This document shows positions 59,377-64,000 of a stretch of 64,000 nucleotides of DNA, piece by piece. The DNA is from Planctomycetota bacterium (lineage in GTDB: Bacteria > Planctomycetota > SZUA-567 > H5-PLA8). Below the pieces are notes generated by a model, which was not told where the DNA came from, made no database searches, and saw nothing but the letters and a program-made list of their open reading frames with translations. The translations under genes and the position numbers were made by a program. The stretch lies in NCBI GenBank assembly GCA_045863855.1, contig BTVV01000008.1, positions 1 to 64,000 of the forward strand, in the 5' to 3' direction. The first letter of the stretch is position 1; each line of letters begins with the position of its first letter.

Positions 59377-59778
59377 TCAGCCGCCGAAGAGGTACAGGAA
59401 GCAGTAGGTCAAAAAGCCGGCGCAGAGCACCGAGCTGACGCCCAGCACCCATAAGCCCGTGGCGCCGCGCGCCCACCGTCCCAGCTTCGACTGCGCCTGC
59501 TGAGCGGCCACGACGACATGCGCGAGGCCCGTCTTTCCGGCCGTCTTGCGCTTGCCACGCCCCCGGCGCAGCGCGAACGCCTTGCGCGTGGACGAATCGG
59601 CACTCTGCAACAGCCCCGGCGTATCGATGCGATTCCGCCGCCGCCGCGTCCGCGACGAATCCGGCTTCCCGCGCAGGTCGTTGACCGTGGAGAGCGCTTC
59701 AAACTTCGAGTCCAGCTCCGGTTCGCCCGGCAACACGTCGGGCTCCTGAGGCGTAGGTGAGTTCTGAATCATGGCCAT
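59377..59778 (-). CDS. Hypothetical protein with basic region and C-terminal TM anchor
   Basis: Arg-rich segment followed by a terminal hydrophobic helix. Confidence 0.5.
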   Translation of the reverse strand: MAMIQNSPTPQEPDVLPGEPELDSKFEALSTVNDLRGKPDSSRTRRRRNRIDTPGLLQSADSSTRKAFALRRGRGKRKTAGKTGLAHVVVAAQQAQSKLGRWARGATGLWVLGVSSVLCAGFLTYCFLYLFGG

Positions 59779-59971
59779 GACGTCAACGGTTCCTAAGCGA
59801 GCAATCGCATACCATCTTACTGCACGAGTGCACCGCGCCAATACGAAACTCTGGAATCCTGTTCGGTTTCCATTTAGATAAACGCCGCACCCGTGCAAAA
59901 GTATAATAGATTCCGGATGGAATCTGTAAAGTTCGTCTGCTTATGCGGTTAAATATTTACTTCGGTGAGGT

Positions 59972-62881
59972 TTATTTCCACGAGGTTCCGCTTACGTCGG
60001 TCCGGGTAAGGAGGTATGTAGTGGAAAATGTTAGGTTTCCACTTGGGGTGACGATCACAAAGTCCACGTCCAACGGGAAGGTTAGGCCACCCGCTCCGGC
60101 GTTGGGAATGCCTGTGCCTGCCACATAATTGGTGGTCAGCTTGAAGGTCTTCTTCGCGTTGGCGAGTTGGAAGGACTTCAGCTCGACCGGCTTAGCGGGA
60201 TCCTTGGCGTTCATCGTGAAGGTGGCTAGGGCGCCGGCCCCGGACGTCAGGATGACCGCATCGGGAATCACGATGCCCGTCGCGCCGCCCAAGTCCACAG
60301 TTACGTCGCCCGAGAGGTCCAGTGCCGCGCCGCCTGCCGGATGCAGGAAGCCGCTGAGGCTCAAAAGGTGCCCCAAGCCGTTGCGCGTGTCTTCCTTGGC
60401 GCTGCCCTTGGTGACCACGAAGAAGCCGCCGAAGGACATGTTCTTCGCGGCGGAGAACTTGCCCTTGCTGCTGACGCCCAAGCGGGACGTGACGTCGAAT
60501 CGGATCAGCCCGTTCAGGTCCAGGTAGGTGATCGCGGCGCCGTTGGTAAAGCGCAAGCCTACGGCCACATCGAGTTGCTCGACGCCGGTCTGGTCGTCGG
60601 GACCGAGTTCGGCGAGGAGGTCCGCCGCTTTAAGCTGCATCAGGAACATCTTGGACTTGAGCGTCACCTGCGCCTTTATGCCCGGCACGACGCCTTTGGC
60701 CGAAGCAAAGCGCCCGGCGGCGTCGAGGATCGCCGTGGCGACGTCGGTCCCGTTCAAGGTCAGGATGGCGCGCACGCCGGCCAGATTGGCGGGCAGATCC
60801 ATGGGGTTGAAGTTCCCGCGGATCATGAACGCGTCGGCGTTGGGCTTGGTGCGGCTGATCGAGAAGTTTCCGCTGCTGGCGTAGAGATCCGCATCGTCGG
60901 CTCCGCCGGCCACCGAGATCAGCAGGCTCGCGGCGACGCTTGGCACCCCTTCGTCGTCGGTGACGACCAGCGTGGCGAAGTATGCGCCGGGATCTGTATA
61001 GGTGTGGCTGATGGTGGCGGAGGCGTTGGTGGGGGACGTATTCCCGTCGCCGAAGTCCCAGGCGTAGTTGGCGATGGTGTTGGTGCGGTCGGGATCGGAA
61101 GAACCCGCGCCGCTAAAGTCGACCTCTTCGTCGTCACCAATCTCCACGGAACCGCTATTGCCGTTTCCAGTCATGACGGCCACCGGAACCCGATGAACGT
61201 AAAACTTGTTCGTGGCGGTCACGGTTCCGCCGTCGGTGGGGTTGGTGACCGTCACGCTGCGGAAGATGGTCGCGTCGGCACTGGCTGCGATGGAGACGTT
61301 GGCCGTGAGTTGGTTGGCCGCGTTGAAGGTGACGCTGTTTACCGTGATTCCGGTACCCGAAAAGCTCACCGTGGGCGTACCGCCAGAGTTGTGGAAGTTC
61401 GTGCCGTTTACGGTCAAATCTCCCGTGAAGCCTTGCAAAGCAAAGAGAGGGGCCACGGTGCTTACCGTCGGGTCAGGCCCGGCCACCAGGAAGGCGTTGT
61501 TTTTTGTGGATGAGCTACCGTCGTCGGTATTGGTAGTGGTTACGTTTCGCCAACCGATTGCCGCACCCCCGGCGACTGAAACATCGACTATCAGTTCGGT
61601 GCTGCCGGTTCGCGAGACGTTGTTGACCGTGACACCCGTGCCACTAAACGAGACCGTGTTGCCGCCGGAGTGGAAGTCCGAGCCCTCAAAGGTGAGGTCA
61701 TCTGACGTGCCGCGCACGACCCGATTAGGAGTGATGGTGTCGACAATAGGGGCACTACCACTAATTACGGTAATCTCGTTGCTGAATTCGTTGGTCGTTG
61801 CGGCGGCGTTGGTAAACTTGGCGCGTACTCGGTACTGGTAAGTACCGGCTGAGGGAGTATCCGTGATGGTAAAGGTTGGATCACCTGTACTGAAGTCCTG
61901 ACTGCCCGTGGAGTCGGTGAAGTCGCCTACCTTAGCGTATGAGCCGACCGGAGATCCATCTGGTTTGCGCCAAAGTTCGTAATGTTCGACGGAGGCGGCG
62001 GAATCGGTTCCCGTTCCGTCTGTCGTATCGGCGCCTGTCACGTGAAGCGAAACTTTCCGAACAAGAATGTCGGCAATGTTATTGCCTGGAGTTGGATTGC
62101 TGATCTTGGGCACGGCGCGGCTGTAGAGGACCTGCAGGAAGTACATATCATCGTTGATGGGCCGCTCCGTTCCTGAAACGGATGGAAACATTAATGCGCC
62201 ACTCTCGCTCGTATGTCCCAGGTTGAGCGCATGGCAAAATTCGTGCGCGGCGGTAGCGCGAAGGACGGCGGCTGAACCAAATGCCCCTGACTCCGTATCC
62301 AATTTTACAAAGCCGTCCGTGATGTAGGTCGGATCACCGGTGCTCCAGCCACCCAGCCCAATGGTACTGCCTGATAGCGTACCCTTGCCTACGCGAATGG
62401 CCCCAGAGCCGTCGGATCGTTCTTCGACGACGATTCCACAATGATCTTCCAGAGCTTCGAATGCCGCACGGATCTGATCTTTGCAATTCGCGATGCCGAG
62501 ATCGGTGCCATCTGCGATCGCGCTTAAGGATACACTACCGTTTACCGTTTCATTGCTGGTGACGAACTCGAACGTAATGAGCGTTTTCTGTCCCGGCGCG
62601 CCAGGTTCCCAGCGATCCGAAGACGAGCCTAGGAAGGAACGCTTGCCGACGCTGCGCGACCCCGGTAACCGCAGCCAATGCTTCTCCGGATCCCACCCGC
62701 AACACCCGCCCCCATGAACGTGCGGCGCGGTCGTGCCTGCTTCACCCGCATGAAGCCGGGGAGGTGCCGTTAAAACACAAAGCGCCATGCAGGCCACGAT
62801 TGTGGCTGCGCAGACCCTGCGAAGCTGGATAGGCTCTATAGCCGCCGCCCGTTGCACCAATTCGATCACTAGAACTCCCAC
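59972..62881 (-). CDS. Secreted matrixin-like (M10) metalloprotease with Ig/TIG-like and PKD domains
   Basis: HEFCHALNLGH zinc motif, ALMFP Met-turn, two Ig-like repeats, PKD YAWDFGDG...HTY; start uncertain. Confidence 0.8.
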   Translation of the reverse strand: MGVLVIELVQRAAAIEPIQLRRVCAATIVACMALCVLTAPPRLHAGEAGTTAPHVHGGGCCGWDPEKHWLRLPGSRSVGKRSFLGSSSDRWEPGAPGQKTLITFEFVTSNETVNGSVSLSAIADGTDLGIANCKDQIRAAFEALEDHCGIVVEERSDGSGAIRVGKGTLSGSTIGLGGWSTGDPTYITDGFVKLDTESGAFGSAAVLRATAAHEFCHALNLGHTSESGALMFPSVSGTERPINDDMYFLQVLYSRAVPKISNPTPGNNIADILVRKVSLHVTGADTTDGTGTDSAASVEHYELWRKPDGSPVGSYAKVGDFTDSTGSQDFSTGDPTFTITDTPSAGTYQYRVRAKFTNAAATTNEFSNEITVISGSAPIVDTITPNRVVRGTSDDLTFEGSDFHSGGNTVSFSGTGVTVNNVSRTGSTELIVDVSVAGGAAIGWRNVTTTNTDDGSSSTKNNAFLVAGPDPTVSTVAPLFALQGFTGDLTVNGTNFHNSGGTPTVSFSGTGITVNSVTFNAANQLTANVSIAASADATIFRSVTVTNPTDGGTVTATNKFYVHRVPVAVMTGNGNSGSVEIGDDEEVDFSGAGSSDPDRTNTIANYAWDFGDGNTSPTNASATISHTYTDPGAYFATLVVTDDEGVPSVAASLLISVAGGADDADLYASSGNFSISRTKPNADAFMIRGNFNPMDLPANLAGVRAILTLNGTDVATAILDAAGRFASAKGVVPGIKAQVTLKSKMFLMQLKAADLLAELGPDDQTGVEQLDVAVGLRFTNGAAITYLDLNGLIRFDVTSRLGVSSKGKFSAAKNMSFGGFFVVTKGSAKEDTRNGLGHLLSLSGFLHPAGGAALDLSGDVTVDLGGATGIVIPDAVILTSGAGALATFTMNAKDPAKPVELKSFQLANAKKTFKLTTNYVAGTGIPNAGAGGLTFPLDVDFVIVTPSGNLTFSTTYLLTRTDVSGTSWK

Positions 62882-63122
62882 TAACCCCGCCTAACTCTAC
62901 AAGGTGCATGCCCGAGGGTCAATCAACATGCGCCGTGCGTAAACCATTTTGCGAAACGCACGTGTGCTTGCTTTCGGCCTTTAAGGGACGTAACGTAACT
63001 TGTGCAGGCGCGCTCGCCCCTGCAAGTGCTTCGTGAATCCTGGCCGAGCCCCGTTTACCCCTGCCTTGACCCCCAACTCTGAGGCGTCGAGCGGGCCGCT
63101 TCTTAGGAGGAAGATCGTTCCC

Positions 63123-64000
63123 ATGGCCGAAACCATCGCCCCGCACGGCGGCACCTTGATCAACCGGGAAGTCACCGGTGCGCAACGGCAGAGCTTGCTC
63201 GAGAAGGCCGAGAAGCTGCCCAAGATCCGGCTGCACGATTTCGAAGTCTCCGACCTCGACATGCTGGCCTGCGGCGCGCTTTCGCCCCTGCAGGGCTTCA
63301 TGGGCAAGGCCGAACTCGAAGGCACGCTCGAAGCCATGCGCCTGCCCAACGGTTCGATCTGGAGCCTCCCGATCGTTTTGGCCCGCCCGAAGGATCAGGT
63401 CGGCCGCGTCGGCGCCGGCGACGAAGTGGCGCTGACCGATGCCGACGGGAACGTCCTGGCGGTCCTGCACGTCGAAGAGCAGTACGAACACGATCAGGAC
63501 AAGCATGCCAAGCTGGCCTTCGGGACCGGCGACGAAGGGCATCCGGGTGTCGCGCGCATCAAGGGCCTGATGGGCAACGTCGGCCTGGGCGGCAAGGTCT
63601 CGGTCGTCAACCGCGTGAAATACAAGGACTTCAACGAGCATCGCCTCGATCCGGCGCAGACGCGCGCGAAGTTCGCCGAACTGGGCTGGAAGACGGTCGT
63701 CGCATTCCAGACGCGCAATCCGATTCACCGCGCGCACGAGTACCTCACCAAGGTGGCGCTGGAGATCGTCGACGGCCTGCTGGTGCATCCGCTGGTGGGC
63801 GACACCAAGGGCGACGACGTTCCGGCCGCGGTGCGCATGGAGTGCTACAAAGTCCTGCTCGAGAACTACTACCCCAAGAAGAGCGTGATGCTCTCGGTCT
63901 TCCCGGCGGCGATGCGCTACGGCGGGCCGCGCGAGGCGATCTTCCACGCGCTGTGCCGCAAGAACTACGGCGTCACGCACTTCATCGTCGGCCGCGACCA
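63123..64000 (+). CDS. sat: Sulfate adenylyltransferase (runs off the window end; not in the ORF track)
   Basis: MAETIAPHGGTL, SPLQGFM, FQTRNPIHRAHEY, MRYGGPREA, THFIVGRD; AGGAGG SD. Confidence 0.96.
   Translation, partial: MAETIAPHGGTLINREVTGAQRQSLLEKAEKLPKIRLHDFEVSDLDMLACGALSPLQGFMGKAELEGTLEAMRLPNGSIWSLPIVLARPKDQVGRVGAGDEVALTDADGNVLAVLHVEEQYEHDQDKHAKLAFGTGDEGHPGVARIKGLMGNVGLGGKVSVVNRVKYKDFNEHRLDPAQTRAKFAELGWKTVVAFQTRNPIHRAHEYLTKVALEIVDGLLVHPLVGDTKGDDVPAAVRMECYKVLLENYYPKKSVMLSVFPAAMRYGGPREAIFHALCRKNYGVTHFIVGRD

Noticed and set aside
62890..63122. SAM or SAH riboswitch upstream of sat
   Set aside because: Only small hairpins; no recognisable aptamer consensus.
62919..63980. 353-aa minus-strand ORF
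   Set aside because: Antisense to the clear sat gene, which the ORF track omits because it has no stop in the window.

Overview
High-GC bacterial chromosome segment, most likely Planctomycetota. This is inferred from a QFSLKTLL-type motif, the CehA/McbA, PQQ-propeller and PKD surface proteins, and the ExbBD cluster. Bases 1-2616 are the right end of an integrated prophage/ICE: an S24 (CI/LexA-like) repressor, a Zn-ribbon membrane protein, a tyrosine integrase, arm-type repeats and an att core made of the 3' half of tRNA-Arg(UCU). The rest is core-like genome: rpmG, maf/yceF, hisF, leuA, leuS, murD, glnD, asd, gph, a partial sat, tRNA-Ala(GGC), two-component genes, carbohydrate-active enzymes and secreted proteins. 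Most notable: (1) the leuA and leuS leaders share a design of a promoter-proximal uORF starting ATGAGTYACGC, one Leu codon (CTC) third from the stop, a CAGCG/CGCTG pairing and an anti-SD segment, suggesting an undescribed leucine-sensing element; (2) an ExbB-ExbD pair with a 1157-aa TolA/TonB-like protein ending in a CBM9-like sugar-binding domain instead of TonB_C; (3) a split PitA-like heme module (ABM gene plus aldo-keto-reductase/Cld-ChdC fusion); (4) an attenuator-like leader before asd. No CRISPR array or rRNA was seen. All calls come from reading motifs by eye; no database searches were run.
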